Made by a program: the position numbers and the translations under genes. A stretch of 57,586 nt of DNA from an uncultured bacterium (GTDB lineage: Bacteria > Patescibacteriota > Patescibacteriia > Patescibacteriales > UBA12465), in NCBI GenBank assembly GCA_903945435.1, contig CAJAVM010000021.1, positions 1 through 57,586 of the forward strand, written 5' to 3'. Shown here in pieces: positions 1 through 11,040 of the stretch (its first letter is position 1; the number at the start of each line of letters is the position of its first letter). Under the pieces are notes generated by a model, which had not been told where the DNA came from, searched no databases, and was given only the letters and a program-made list of their open reading frames with translations.

Positions 1-87
1 ATTTCCCTACTCGTTTTAACTTGAGTAAAGAAATTTTATTTTAATAAATTTTTTAATTAATTTATTTTTACATCAAGACTAAATCAA

Positions 88-1476
88 TTAAAATTTTTCG
101 CTAAAGAATTTTTTTAATTCAGAAATTTTTATTCTTTGCTGTTCCATCGTATCACGATCGCGAACAGTAACTTCTTCATTTTCTAAAGTATCAAAATCGA
201 TTGTTAAACAATATGGAGTCCCAATTTCATCCTGACGACGATAACGTTTTCCAATATTACCATTATCATCAAACTCACAGCGCCAATCTTTCTTTAATTC
301 ATCAAAAACGGAGCGCGCTTTTTCCACTAATTCCGGCTTATTCTTTAACAATGGAAAAATAGCAATTTTTATCGGAGCTAACTTCGAAGATAGAGCTAAC
401 ACGATTCTCGAATCTTCTCCAATTACTTCTTCTTTATAAGCTTCACTAAGAACTGCTAAAAAAGTTCGTCCTACACCAGCAGAAGTTTCAACAATATGAG
501 GGATAAACTTTTCATTGGTCGTTGGGTCAAGATAGCTTAAATCTTTTCCAGAAAATTTACTATGCTGAGTTAAATCATAATTACCGCGAGCATGCACGCC
601 TTCCAATTCTTTAAAACCAAAAGGGAAATTATATTCAATATCATAAGCTTCCTTGGCATAAAAAACTAAATTTTCATGTTTATGCCATTTCAAATTTTCA
701 GGTTTAATTCCTAAATTAAGATAAAAATTAAATCTAGTTTCACGCCATTTTTCAAAATGAGCCATATCTTCTCCCGGTTTTACAAAATATTGCATTTCCA
801 TTTGCTCGAATTCACGAGTCCGAAAAATAAATTGACGAGCAGTAATTTCATTACGAAAAGCTTTACCAATTTGAGCAATCCCAAAAGGAATTTTTACTCG
901 GGCAGTATCAATTACATTTTTAAAATTAACGTATATACCCTGACAAGTTTCACCGCGCAGATAAGTCGGCTCTTTAGACCAATCTCCAGTAAAGTTTCCT
1001 AAATTTGATTGAACTAACAAATTAAAATTACGTCCCGGAGTAAAATCTTGAGCGCCGCAATTAGGACATTTAATTTTCTGCTTATTATCTTCAAAAATTT
1101 TATTAATTTCATCCTCACCCATTTTTTCATCAGCAAAAATTCCAAATTCTTCTAATAATGAATCCAATCTCAAGCGACTGTGACATTTACGACATTCGGT
1201 TAATGGATCAGAAAAACCCTTAACATGACCAGAGGCCTCCCAAATTTTAGGGCTCATAAAAATAGCGGAATCAAGCCCAACAATATCATCACGCAATTGA
1301 GTCATAGCCTTCCACCATTCCTTCTTTATATTATTAGCAAGCTCAACGCCATAGGGTCCGAAGTCATAAACAGCGGTAAACCCATCGTAAATTTCTGATG
1401 AAGGAAAAACGAATCCTCGACGTTTAGCAAGAGACACAATATTATCCATTTTTTTATCTGTTTCTTTTTTCTGCAT
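88..1476 (-). CDS. glyQS: glycyl-tRNA synthetase, alpha2 type
   Basis: KRRGFVFPSSEIY, YLRGETCQG, GKAFRNEI, FRTREFEQME, IGKRYRRQDEIGTP; start placed at ATG 1476 to avoid overlap with argS. Confidence 0.96.
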   Translation of the reverse strand: MQKKETDKKMDNIVSLAKRRGFVFPSSEIYDGFTAVYDFGPYGVELANNIKKEWWKAMTQLRDDIVGLDSAIFMSPKIWEASGHVKGFSDPLTECRKCHSRLRLDSLLEEFGIFADEKMGEDEINKIFEDNKQKIKCPNCGAQDFTPGRNFNLLVQSNLGNFTGDWSKEPTYLRGETCQGIYVNFKNVIDTARVKIPFGIAQIGKAFRNEITARQFIFRTREFEQMEMQYFVKPGEDMAHFEKWRETRFNFYLNLGIKPENLKWHKHENLVFYAKEAYDIEYNFPFGFKELEGVHARGNYDLTQHSKFSGKDLSYLDPTTNEKFIPHIVETSAGVGRTFLAVLSEAYKEEVIGEDSRIVLALSSKLAPIKIAIFPLLKNKPELVEKARSVFDELKKDWRCEFDDNGNIGKRYRRQDEIGTPYCLTIDFDTLENEEVTVRDRDTMEQQRIKISELKKFFSEKF

Positions 1477-1486
1477 ATTTTTATAA

Positions 1487-3184
1487 TTACATTTCTTCAA
1501 GGGCTTCTATCCCCAAAACATCAAAACCATTATTTAAAACTTGGGAAGTTGCTCTAATTAAAGCCAACCTAGCTTTTTTAATTTTTTTATCTGCTTTTAA
1601 AATATTAACCGTGTGATAATAATCATTTGATAACTGTGCAAGCTCAAATAAATACTTGGTTAGCTCGCTAGGGTTCTTTTTGTTGTTAGCTAATATAATA
1701 ATTTCTGGGTATTTAGCAATTTTCATTAATACTTCCTTTTCTTTTACTTCGTTTAAGCTAGAAAAATCTGTTTTACCAAGCAAAGAGACTCCACTTTCTT
1801 TTCTTAAAATACTTTTTAGTCTCGCATAACTATATTCCAAATAACAAGCCGTATAGCCATCGAACTTCAAAGCTTCATCAATATTAAAAGTAATAATTTT
1901 ATCCGCCCCAACTTTTAACATCTCAAACTTAATAATTGCGATTGAAAGTACATCAACGACCCTTTTAATCGCCTCATCATTCCAATCTTCATGTTTTTTT
2001 CTAGTTTCCTCTTCAATACGAGCACGAATTTTAACTTTCAAATCTTCATAAGTAATCACATTTCCAGTACGAGAAGACATCATGCCTTCTGGCAAGGTAA
2101 CAAAATCATAAGGTAGATGAGTAAGTTTTTGTTTATAGCCTAAAAGCTGTAAAACCTTAAATAACTGCTTAAAATGAAGACTCTGACGAACATCAACTAC
2201 ATAAATTGATTCCTCTAAATCATAAAGACTAAATTTATTTACCGCTAAAGCTAGATCGGCGACAGGATACAATGCGGTTCCGTCTGATCTAATAATTGGA
2301 AGAACGCCTAAATCATACTGCTCTAGATTAGCAATAACCGCCCCATCACTTTTTACTAGGATTTCTTTATCTAACATAGACTGAACCATAATCAAACCTT
2401 CATCGATTACTTCGTTCTCGTAAAAAATGCGTTCAAATTTAATTCCAAGCTCCTTATATATAGAGGCAAAATATTCAATACTCCAATTTCTAGTTTCTTT
2501 CCACAAAGCATAGTTATCTCCCTGACGACTTTCAATTTCCTGCATTATTTTAGTAACTTCCAGCTTATATTCCGGCCTATCAACTAATTTTTGACTAGCT
2601 TCGGAATAACATTTGCCTAATAAAAATCCCTTAGGTTCATCTAAATTTGCATAAGAATGATTATTTTTCCAATTCCAGATTGTTTTAGCGACATGAATCC
2701 CAAAGTCATTAATATATGATACAGGAACTGATTTAAAACCATTAGCACTTAATAAACGACTAATTGCATCACCATAAGAAATATTACGTAAATGGCCAAC
2801 ATGATATTCTTTGTGAGTATTTCCATTAGAATATTCGATCATTATTCCTTTTCCCTTACCAAAAGAATTCTCGCCATACTTATTTTTTTCTTTTTTAATT
2901 TCATTAATTACTGAAGTAGCTAAATAGGTTGGCTCAATAAAAAAATTCAAATACGGACCGACGGGCTTAACTTCTACAAAAAATTTACTAAGCTCAGCAT
3001 CTTCTTTAATCTCATCAGCCCACGTCACAGCTAATTCAACTGGTGTTTTCCCTTTTTCTTGAGCTATTTCAAAGCAAGCCAAACTCAAATCGCCAAAATC
3101 AGAGCTAGGCGGATATGAAAAAATAAGCTTTTGCGAGCCCAACTTATTAACAATCTTGTTCTTAAGGTCTTCTAAACATGTCAT
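1487..3184 (-). CDS. argS: arginyl-tRNA synthetase
   Basis: EYSNGNTHKEYHVGHLRN (HIGH), MSSRTGN (KMSKS-like), YLEYSYARLKSIL, C-terminal EEM. Confidence 0.96.
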   Translation of the reverse strand: MTCLEDLKNKIVNKLGSQKLIFSYPPSSDFGDLSLACFEIAQEKGKTPVELAVTWADEIKEDAELSKFFVEVKPVGPYLNFFIEPTYLATSVINEIKKEKNKYGENSFGKGKGIMIEYSNGNTHKEYHVGHLRNISYGDAISRLLSANGFKSVPVSYINDFGIHVAKTIWNWKNNHSYANLDEPKGFLLGKCYSEASQKLVDRPEYKLEVTKIMQEIESRQGDNYALWKETRNWSIEYFASIYKELGIKFERIFYENEVIDEGLIMVQSMLDKEILVKSDGAVIANLEQYDLGVLPIIRSDGTALYPVADLALAVNKFSLYDLEESIYVVDVRQSLHFKQLFKVLQLLGYKQKLTHLPYDFVTLPEGMMSSRTGNVITYEDLKVKIRARIEEETRKKHEDWNDEAIKRVVDVLSIAIIKFEMLKVGADKIITFNIDEALKFDGYTACYLEYSYARLKSILRKESGVSLLGKTDFSSLNEVKEKEVLMKIAKYPEIIILANNKKNPSELTKYLFELAQLSNDYYHTVNILKADKKIKKARLALIRATSQVLNNGFDVLGIEALEEM

Positions 3185-3320
3185 AGCTTTTTAATATCAT
3201 TTATTGAGTCGTAAATCCTTGGTAATAATATTGAATTATGTTATAATAATAACAGACTTTATTAACTTTTTCAATCGACTATAATAAATTAGTCGAACTA
3301 TAAAAATAGCTTTTAATTCT

Positions 3321-4301
3321 ATGTTTTCTTATCGCACAATTTTAAAACAAGCTTGGAATATCGCCTGGAAACACAAATATCTGTGGTTATTTGGCCTATT
3401 CGCCTCCATCGCTGCCGCGAGTGGTTCTTTTGAATACCAACTTTTAGCCAACAGCTTCCAAGCTAGTGCCCTAGAAAATTCATACTACCATATAAACAGT
3501 ATTGTGCTAGTAGGAAAAGCGATTGGGGCATTTTTTATTGGATTTGTAAATCTATTTTCATATGATTTATTAACTATTATTAATACTCTCACGGTGATTA
3601 TAATCACTCTTACTTTAATAGTAACTTTCGTCTGGCTATCTATATCTTCACAGGGAGCCTTAATAATTAGTGTTAAGAAGCTCTTAACAGCTAAAAAGAA
3701 AGAGGCCGTATTAAATATTAGAGAAAATTTAGTAAGAGGTCATGAAGTATTTTGGCCAGTTCTAGGACTAAACATCTTAATTAAAGTCCTGATTGGCCTA
3801 ACTCTATTTATAATGGGTGTCCCTTTATTATTTTTAGCAGTAGACGGCTCCGCCTATTTAGCGATAGTATATACCTTAGCTTTTATAATCTTTACTCCAA
3901 TTGCAATCTCTTTATCTTTAATTATAAAATACGCCATTGCTTTTAAAGTCCTAGATCATGAAAATTTCTCCAACTCTCTTAAAAAATCTATTAGTCTATT
4001 CGGGAAGAATTGGCTTATTAGTTTAGAAATGGGAATTATTTTATTTATCATCAGTTTCTTGGCAGGGCTAGGTTTACTAATTCTAATTGCTATCTTTATT
4101 TTCCCGTACATTGTATTTGCAATTAACTACGGCTTAGCCTGGTTAATCGTAATACTCATGATATTAGCATTAACATTAGTACTTTTTGTTGGTTCTCTTT
4201 TAACTACTTTTCAAATATCTTCTTGGACCAGTCTTTTCCTTGAATTAAAAGAAGGTCGTGGCGAAGCTAAGCTTGAAAGAGCCTTCAAAAAAAAGAAGTA
4301 G
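3321..4301 (+). CDS. multi-pass membrane protein of unknown function
   Basis: About 7 hydrophobic segments; N-terminal YRTILKQAWNIAWKHKYLWLFGLFA. Confidence 0.8.
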   Translation: MFSYRTILKQAWNIAWKHKYLWLFGLFASIAAASGSFEYQLLANSFQASALENSYYHINSIVLVGKAIGAFFIGFVNLFSYDLLTIINTLTVIIITLTLIVTFVWLSISSQGALIISVKKLLTAKKKEAVLNIRENLVRGHEVFWPVLGLNILIKVLIGLTLFIMGVPLLFLAVDGSAYLAIVYTLAFIIFTPIAISLSLIIKYAIAFKVLDHENFSNSLKKSISLFGKNWLISLEMGIILFIISFLAGLGLLILIAIFIFPYIVFAINYGLAWLIVILMILALTLVLFVGSLLTTFQISSWTSLFLELKEGRGEAKLERAFKKKK

Positions 4302-4304
4302 GCT

Positions 4305-7300
4305 ATGAGTAAGCTGGACTCCATTGAAAATTTGATAAATCCGACAGGCGACGAAGAAAGCGTCGCCGGTCTTTTTGCTAAGAAAGAAGAAGAAATAAAA
4401 ATTAAAGAATTAGAAAGGCAGACCCAAAGAGACGCCCAGGATTTAGGCCTAGACTATGTTAGTTTAGTAGGATTTCCTATTAGCCCCGAAGCGCTGGCGC
4501 TAATTCAAGAAGCAAGGGCAATAGAATTAAAAGCTATTTGTTTTTTTTATGATGGAAAAAATATTCGTCTAGCTTGTTTAAACCCAACCACCGAAGTAAT
4601 GGATGAAATGCAAAAATTAAGTAATCAATATTTTGCCGACGCTAAACTTTATTTAATTTCGGAAAACAGCTTCAACCGTGGAATAGAAATATACAGATCA
4701 GTCCCAAAAGTAAAAAAGTATGATAGCGGAATAGAAATAAGCCCTGCTCAACTGGAAAAATTTAAAGATGACATCGCTAGTTATAAAAATTTAAACGACA
4801 AGATAAACGATGTTAATATTACTGATATCGTTACATTAATCTTGGCCGCTGCCATAAAAGCCGGAGCAAGCGATATTCACATCGAAGCTGAAGAAAAAGG
4901 CGTAATAATAAGATTAAGACTAGATGGAGTTTTGCAAGAAGCCGCAATTATTAGTCGAGAAAAATGGCATAAAATAATTTCTCGTTTAAAAATTCTTGCT
5001 CGAGTAAAAATCAATATCGAGAATAAGCCTCAAGATGGCCGTTATACCATTTATCTAAAAGAACGACGTGTTGATGTGCGCTGTTCTTTTTTGCCAACCG
5101 CTTACGGAGAAAGCGTAGTGATGCGCCTATTAGACTCTAAGGCCGCTTCTTTAAATATAGAAAATTTAGGCATTAGACCGGAAGTTCTTCCTGCCTTAAA
5201 AAAGGAAATTGCAAAACCAAACGGATTAATTTTAACAACTGGACCAACAGGAAGCGGTAAAACAACAACTTTATATGCTGTTATAAATAATCTCAACCAA
5301 CCTGGAACAAAAATTATTACTCTTGAAGACCCAATTGAATACCAGTTATCCGGAATCAACCAATCACAAGTAGACAGTAAACATGGCTTTAGTTTTTCTG
5401 AAGGATTAAGATCGGTTTTGCGCCAAGACCCAAACGTAGTTATGGTTGGAGAAATTAGAGATTTAGAAACAGCGGAAATTGCTATTCAGGCTTCTTTAAC
5501 TGGCCATCTTGTTTTATCAACTCTACATACTAACGACGCCTCAGGTGTAATTCCAAGACTAATCGATATCGGCGTTAAGCCTTATTTTCTTGTACCATCA
5601 ATCAACGCCGTGATTGGACAGCGCTTAGTGAGACGCCTTTGCCCTCATTGCCGAAAAGAACAAATTCTAACCCCAGAAGAAGAGGAGGTTATTCATAAAA
5701 TTTTAGCAGTCATCTCACCCAAGACTGGAATTAATATTCCATCAACGCTTCCGATCGTTCATCAATCAGGTGAAGGCTGTGAATACTGTAATTTTACAGG
5801 CTACAAAGGACGCTCTGGCATTTTTGAAGTATTTACGATGAGTGATAATATTAGACAATTAACAATTGACCAGGCTCCATCATTTAAGATTCTACAGCAA
5901 GCAATTGAGAATGGAATGATTACCATGCTCCAAGATGGCGTCTTAAAAGCTTTAGAAGGTGAAACTAGTTTAGAAGAAGTTTATCGAGTAATCGGAAATT
6001 TTGATTATGTAAATGAGCTTTACGATATTGTAATTTCTCAAACTATCGGTCGTGGAATAAAAATCAGCCAAGAACAAATGACTGAAGCCGTTGAATTAAG
6101 CAAAAATATTTTAGATATCAGTGTCCAGGCCAAAGAAATTCCAACATCTAATCTCATTGAATTAACAATGGCTTTAGCCGCTTTAAGGGAAGCGGGCGAT
6201 GTTCATATCGAACCAACAGCCGATGATGTAAAAATTAGGTTTCGTATTGACGGAATATTACATGATATATTTTCTTTACCAAAAACAAGCTACTTGCCAC
6301 TTCTATCGGAAATAAAAATATTAGCCGGAACACCAACTAATGTTAAACGAGCTACCTTCGATGGACGCTTCAGTGTATATCTACCAAATCATAAAATTGA
6401 TTGCCGTATTTCTATTATTTCTGGAGGCTATGGGGAAACTATTGTTATTAGAATGCTTACAACCGAAGCTGCAAATTTAGATATGATTAAGCTAGGAATC
6501 ACTTCCGTGACTTTAGGATCCCTAGAATTAGCCATGAAAAAAAATAAAGGAATTATTATTACTACTGGTCCAACTGGAAGCGGTAAAACAACTACCCTTT
6601 ATAGTATTTTAAATAAATTAAATAAGCCTGATGTTAAAATTATTACCGTCGAAGATCCAATCGAATATCAACTTCCAGGTGTAATGCAAACTCAAATTGA
6701 TGAAGCTAGTGGCTACACCTTTGTTTCCGCTATGAAATCCCTACTCAGACAAAACCCAAACATCATGATGATTGGTGAAATTAGAGATAGCGAAACTGCA
6801 AAAATTTCCATCGAAGCTGCTATGACCGGACATTTGGTTTTATCGACTATCCATGCTAATAGCGCCGCTGGAGCTATTTCCCGCTTTACCGGTTTGGGAG
6901 TAGAGAAACAAGCATTAGCCAATTCAATAGAATATACTATCGGTCAAAGATTAGTACGAAAAATTTGTCCTTATTGCAAACAAGTTAATGGAACTTCCGT
7001 TGAAGATTTAGATAAAGTAAAAAACATATTAGCCAATATAAATAATCCAGCCGTAGTTATCCCGCAAGAGTTGATTTTCTACAAAGGAATTGGCTGCGAA
7101 AAATGTGGCCAGTTAGGATATAAAGGAAGACTAGGTTTATATGAAGCAATTTCCATGACTCCAGCAATTCAAAAAATCATTCAAAGCGATAAGACGACTG
7201 ACTATGAAATTGAACAAGAAGCTATTAAAAACGGCATGATAACCATGCTCCAAGACGGTATAATTAAAGCTCTAGCCGGAGAAACGACCTTAGAGGAAGT

Positions 7301-7316
7301 TTTTCGCGTAATATAA
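4305..7316 (+). CDS. pilB: GspE/PilB-family pilus assembly ATPase with two tandem ATPase modules
   Basis: Two copies each of DIHIE/DVHIE, GPTGSGKTTT, EDPIEY, LRQ[D/N]PN..GEIRD, TGHLVLST.H, and a tetracysteine Zn motif. Confidence 0.9.
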   Translation: MSKLDSIENLINPTGDEESVAGLFAKKEEEIKIKELERQTQRDAQDLGLDYVSLVGFPISPEALALIQEARAIELKAICFFYDGKNIRLACLNPTTEVMDEMQKLSNQYFADAKLYLISENSFNRGIEIYRSVPKVKKYDSGIEISPAQLEKFKDDIASYKNLNDKINDVNITDIVTLILAAAIKAGASDIHIEAEEKGVIIRLRLDGVLQEAAIISREKWHKIISRLKILARVKINIENKPQDGRYTIYLKERRVDVRCSFLPTAYGESVVMRLLDSKAASLNIENLGIRPEVLPALKKEIAKPNGLILTTGPTGSGKTTTLYAVINNLNQPGTKIITLEDPIEYQLSGINQSQVDSKHGFSFSEGLRSVLRQDPNVVMVGEIRDLETAEIAIQASLTGHLVLSTLHTNDASGVIPRLIDIGVKPYFLVPSINAVIGQRLVRRLCPHCRKEQILTPEEEEVIHKILAVISPKTGINIPSTLPIVHQSGEGCEYCNFTGYKGRSGIFEVFTMSDNIRQLTIDQAPSFKILQQAIENGMITMLQDGVLKALEGETSLEEVYRVIGNFDYVNELYDIVISQTIGRGIKISQEQMTEAVELSKNILDISVQAKEIPTSNLIELTMALAALREAGDVHIEPTADDVKIRFRIDGILHDIFSLPKTSYLPLLSEIKILAGTPTNVKRATFDGRFSVYLPNHKIDCRISIISGGYGETIVIRMLTTEAANLDMIKLGITSVTLGSLELAMKKNKGIIITTGPTGSGKTTTLYSILNKLNKPDVKIITVEDPIEYQLPGVMQTQIDEASGYTFVSAMKSLLRQNPNIMMIGEIRDSETAKISIEAAMTGHLVLSTIHANSAAGAISRFTGLGVEKQALANSIEYTIGQRLVRKICPYCKQVNGTSVEDLDKVKNILANINNPAVVIPQELIFYKGIGCEKCGQLGYKGRLGLYEAISMTPAIQKIIQSDKTTDYEIEQEAIKNGMITMLQDGIIKALAGETTLEEVFRVI

Positions 7317-7320
7317 ATAT

Positions 7321-7896
7321 ATGATAGATAAAAAATTTTTAGAAACTTTAAAGAAAGATTACCAAGCGAATGAAAGCGAAAGACGTCAAATAATTAGCGC
7401 CTCTAATAATATTTTATTTGAAGCAAAAAAAATAATCTTTTCTTTACAACGCCAAGATTTTAAAACTGCAGAAACTAAAATAACAGAACTAGAAAAAATG
7501 TTTGTAAATCTAGAAAGTAGATTTGGAGCTGAAAGATTAAAAAAAGAAGGCGCGTATAAAGCAGCCGCTGAAGAATATCTAGAAGGTAAAACTTTTTATT
7601 TAGTAATCAAGAAAAAAGATATTACCGCCGTTAAAGACTTACATTTAGATTATGAATCTTATTTAGGAGGTATTTGCGATTTAATTGGGGAAATGGTTCG
7701 CTACGCAACTAATCAGGCCGCTAAAGGAAAATTTTCTGAAGTTGCAAAAATTAAAAAAGCCGCTGAAGATATAATGACCCAACTGATAGACTTTGATATG
7801 ACTGGATACTTGCGAACTAAATATGATCAATCAAGAGGGCATCTCCGCAAATTGGAACAAATGGCTTACGAAATCAAACTTAGAGTCGGAAAATAA
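7321..7896 (+). CDS. translin/TRAX-family protein
   Basis: All-helical, with EEYLEG and YLGGICDLIGEMVR motifs and C-terminal LRTKYD. Confidence 0.8.
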   Translation: MIDKKFLETLKKDYQANESERRQIISASNNILFEAKKIIFSLQRQDFKTAETKITELEKMFVNLESRFGAERLKKEGAYKAAAEEYLEGKTFYLVIKKKDITAVKDLHLDYESYLGGICDLIGEMVRYATNQAAKGKFSEVAKIKKAAEDIMTQLIDFDMTGYLRTKYDQSRGHLRKLEQMAYEIKLRVGK

Positions 7897-7901
7897 ACCA
7901 T

Positions 7902-8402
7902 ATGATAATTGCAATTATTTCCGACATCCACGATAACCTCGTAAACTTGGATAAATGCCTTATCTGGTGTAAAAAAGAAAAAATAAATACTATAATTTGC
8001 TGTGGCGACGTTTGCAATTCCGATACTTTAAAATTTCTCTCTGCTAATTTTGGTGGTGAGATTTTTTTAGTAGACGGTAACGGAGAAACTTTTACCGAAT
8101 CGGATTTAGAAGGATTAAAAAATATAAAATATCGTCAAGAAATTGCTGTTGAAAAAATTTCTGAACTTACTTTAGGATTTTGTCATCAAGATCGTGATAT
8201 CGAAAAAGTTATCAAAAAATCCGGAAATCTTCCGGACTTTATTTTTTACGGACACAGCCATAAACCTTGGCTAGAGAAAAAAAATGGAATGTTTATCGTT
8301 AATCCAGGCAATATCTCGGGGACTTTCTTCCATGCGACATTTGCAGTTTTAAATACTAAAACTAAAAATTTAGAATTAAAAATTATCAGCGATTTAATTT
8401 AA
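7902..8402 (+). CDS. metallophosphoesterase, YfcE/MJ0936 family
   Basis: ISDIHDN, CGD, GN, GHSH, NPG motifs. Confidence 0.9.
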   Translation: MIIAIISDIHDNLVNLDKCLIWCKKEKINTIICCGDVCNSDTLKFLSANFGGEIFLVDGNGETFTESDLEGLKNIKYRQEIAVEKISELTLGFCHQDRDIEKVIKKSGNLPDFIFYGHSHKPWLEKKNGMFIVNPGNISGTFFHATFAVLNTKTKNLELKIISDLI

Positions 8403-8433
8403 ATCTTGAATCGCAAAATATACCATCTATCCG

Positions 8434-10920
8434 CTACGCCTTTCTCAAATATTCTCCGGTAAAGCTATCTTTACTTTGCGCGATTTGATCAGGCGTTCCT
8501 TCGGCAACTAAATAACCACCACCTTCTCCGCCAGTTGGCCCCAGGTCGATTACCCAATCGACCGATTTTATTATATCGATGTTATGTTCAATAACTAAAA
8601 CTGTATTTCCTTGGTCGACTAACATATTTAAAACTTTTAATAATCTATCAATATCATCAAAATGCAGGCCAGTTGTTGGCTCATCTAAAATATATAAAGT
8701 CTTTCCAGTTGAACGACGAGAAAGCTCGGTCGCTAATTTAATACGCTGTGCTTCACCACCAGAAAATGTAGTTGCGCTCTGACCAAGCTTAATATAACCA
8801 AGGCCAACCTCATCAAGAGTATTAAGTTTTTGCAAAATCGCAGGAATGCCTTTAAAGAAAGCCCTGGCCTCACTAACTGTCATCTCTAAAACTTCATAAA
8901 TATTTTTCCCTTGATATAAAACTTCAAGAACTTTCGGCTTAAATTTCTTTCCGCCACAAACTTCACAAGTTAAATAGACGTCAGTTAAAAATTGCATCTC
9001 GACTTTAATCACACCATCACCAGCACAATTTTCACAGCGACCACCAGGAACATTAAAAGAAAAATGACCAGCTCCAAGTCCTTTAACACGGGCCTCTGGT
9101 AAATCAGCAAACAAATCACGGATATTCGTAAATAATCCCGTATAGGTAGCTGGGTTAGACCTCGGAGTTCTTCCAATCGGAGATTGATCAATATCAATAA
9201 CTTTATCAATAAATTCTAAGCCTTTTATTTCTTTGTGAGCCCCTGGTTCAGTCTTAGCACGATAAAATTTCTTAGTTAATGCATTAGCTAAAATATCATT
9301 CATTAGAGTTGATTTTCCCGAGCCAGAAACACCCGTAATAGCGATTAGCTTTCCTAAAGGAAATTTAACGTCAATATTTTTTAGATTATGTTCTCTAGCG
9401 CCAACTATTTCTAAAGTTTTTCCTGAACCCTTTCTGAATTCTTTTGGTATTTTTATTTTTTTAGCACCAGAAAGATAAGCGCCAGTTAATGATTCTGGGC
9501 ATTTTTTTATATCTTCAGGGGTTCCAACAAATAAAATATGACCTCCGCTCTCACCAGCTCCAGGACCGACATCAACCAAACAATCCGCCGCCATCATAGT
9601 CGAAGCATCATGCTCCACAACAATTACCGTATTCCCATTATCACGTAAACTTTTTAAAGTATTAATCAGTTTATCATTATCTTTTTGATGTAGTCCGATA
9701 GAGGGCTCATCAAGAACATATAAAACACCGGATAAAGCTGAGCCGACTTGTGAAGCAAGTCTTATTCTTTGTGCTTCACCACCAGACAGAGTAACTGCCG
9801 AACGTGATAAAGTTAAATACCCCAAACCAACATCAGACAAAAAGTCTAGATTTTTAGAAATTTCTTTCACGATTGGGCCCATAATCAGGGCCTGGCCATT
9901 GAATAGTTTAGAATTTTTAAACCAACCGATAAATAAATCTTTTAACTTATCAATGCCTAATTGTGAAACTTCAAAAATAGAAAGACCGCCAACCTTAACC
10001 GCTAAAGCTTCAGACTTCAATCTCGCTCCATGACACATTGGGCACAGAGAACTTCGCATTATTTTTTCAATTTCCTGTTTTACAAAACTAGATTTTGTTT
10101 CTTGATATTTGTTTTCTAAATATTTAATTACACCTGAAAAATAATCATCACCATTTAAAATAATTTTTCTAATTTCTGGGGTTAATTCTCTTAAAGCGAT
10201 CCTCAAACTAAAACGATGACGAGAAGCTAAATTTTCTAAATCTAAAAATAATCCGTTACCACTTAAGTTAGCATGCGATAAAGGTTTAATAGCTCCCTCT
10301 AAAATGCTTAAATTTAAATTAAACACTAATTCTGAGTCAATTTCCATTTTAGTCCCCAAGCCAGAACAGTCAGAACAAGCACCATGGCCAGAATTAAATG
10401 AAAAATCACGCGGCTCTAAATCAGCACGTCTATATCCACAATCAGCACAAACAAAAAACCGTTCTATTTTTGAAGACTTTACTGGTTTACCAGCAATTAC
10501 CTTAGCAATTTTCTTCTCTTCAGCTGATTTATTTAATTTAGTACCGCATTGAGGACAATATGGCTGGCCACATTTTGAATATAAAAGACGTAAATAATCA
10601 TAAATTTCAGTAATAGTTCCAACGGTAGAACGCGGATTAGAACCAACGGTTCTTTGATCAATAGAGATTGCGGGTGATAAACCCTCAATCATATCAACGT
10701 CTGGCTTATCCATTAAACCAACGAATTGGCGTGCATAAGACGAAAGGGACTCAACATAGCGTCTTTGCCCTTCCGCATAGATAGTATCAAAGGCTAATGA
10801 TGATTTTCCAGAACCAGAAAGACCAGTAAAAACAACTAATTTATCTCTAGGGATATCTAAATCAATATTTTTTAAATTATTAGTACGAGCCCCGCGAATT
10901 TTGATAAAATTAACTGCCAT
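8434..10920 (-). CDS. uvrA: excinuclease ABC subunit A (short form)
   Basis: [56 protein letters not shown]; start placed at ATG 10920. Confidence 0.93.
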   Translation of the reverse strand: MAVNFIKIRGARTNNLKNIDLDIPRDKLVVFTGLSGSGKSSLAFDTIYAEGQRRYVESLSSYARQFVGLMDKPDVDMIEGLSPAISIDQRTVGSNPRSTVGTITEIYDYLRLLYSKCGQPYCPQCGTKLNKSAEEKKIAKVIAGKPVKSSKIERFFVCADCGYRRADLEPRDFSFNSGHGACSDCSGLGTKMEIDSELVFNLNLSILEGAIKPLSHANLSGNGLFLDLENLASRHRFSLRIALRELTPEIRKIILNGDDYFSGVIKYLENKYQETKSSFVKQEIEKIMRSSLCPMCHGARLKSEALAVKVGGLSIFEVSQLGIDKLKDLFIGWFKNSKLFNGQALIMGPIVKEISKNLDFLSDVGLGYLTLSRSAVTLSGGEAQRIRLASQVGSALSGVLYVLDEPSIGLHQKDNDKLINTLKSLRDNGNTVIVVEHDASTMMAADCLVDVGPGAGESGGHILFVGTPEDIKKCPESLTGAYLSGAKKIKIPKEFRKGSGKTLEIVGAREHNLKNIDVKFPLGKLIAITGVSGSGKSTLMNDILANALTKKFYRAKTEPGAHKEIKGLEFIDKVIDIDQSPIGRTPRSNPATYTGLFTNIRDLFADLPEARVKGLGAGHFSFNVPGGRCENCAGDGVIKVEMQFLTDVYLTCEVCGGKKFKPKVLEVLYQGKNIYEVLEMTVSEARAFFKGIPAILQKLNTLDEVGLGYIKLGQSATTFSGGEAQRIKLATELSRRSTGKTLYILDEPTTGLHFDDIDRLLKVLNMLVDQGNTVLVIEHNIDIIKSVDWVIDLGPTGGEGGGYLVAEGTPDQIAQSKDSFTGEYLRKA

Positions 10921-11040
10921 AACAAATAAATTATAATTAATGTTGCAGATATTATAGACAAAAATTAACAAAAAAACAAGACCCAGGGAATATGAGTCTT
11001 AAGGCTTCTAACAACAACTAATTTTTAATATTAAAATAAA

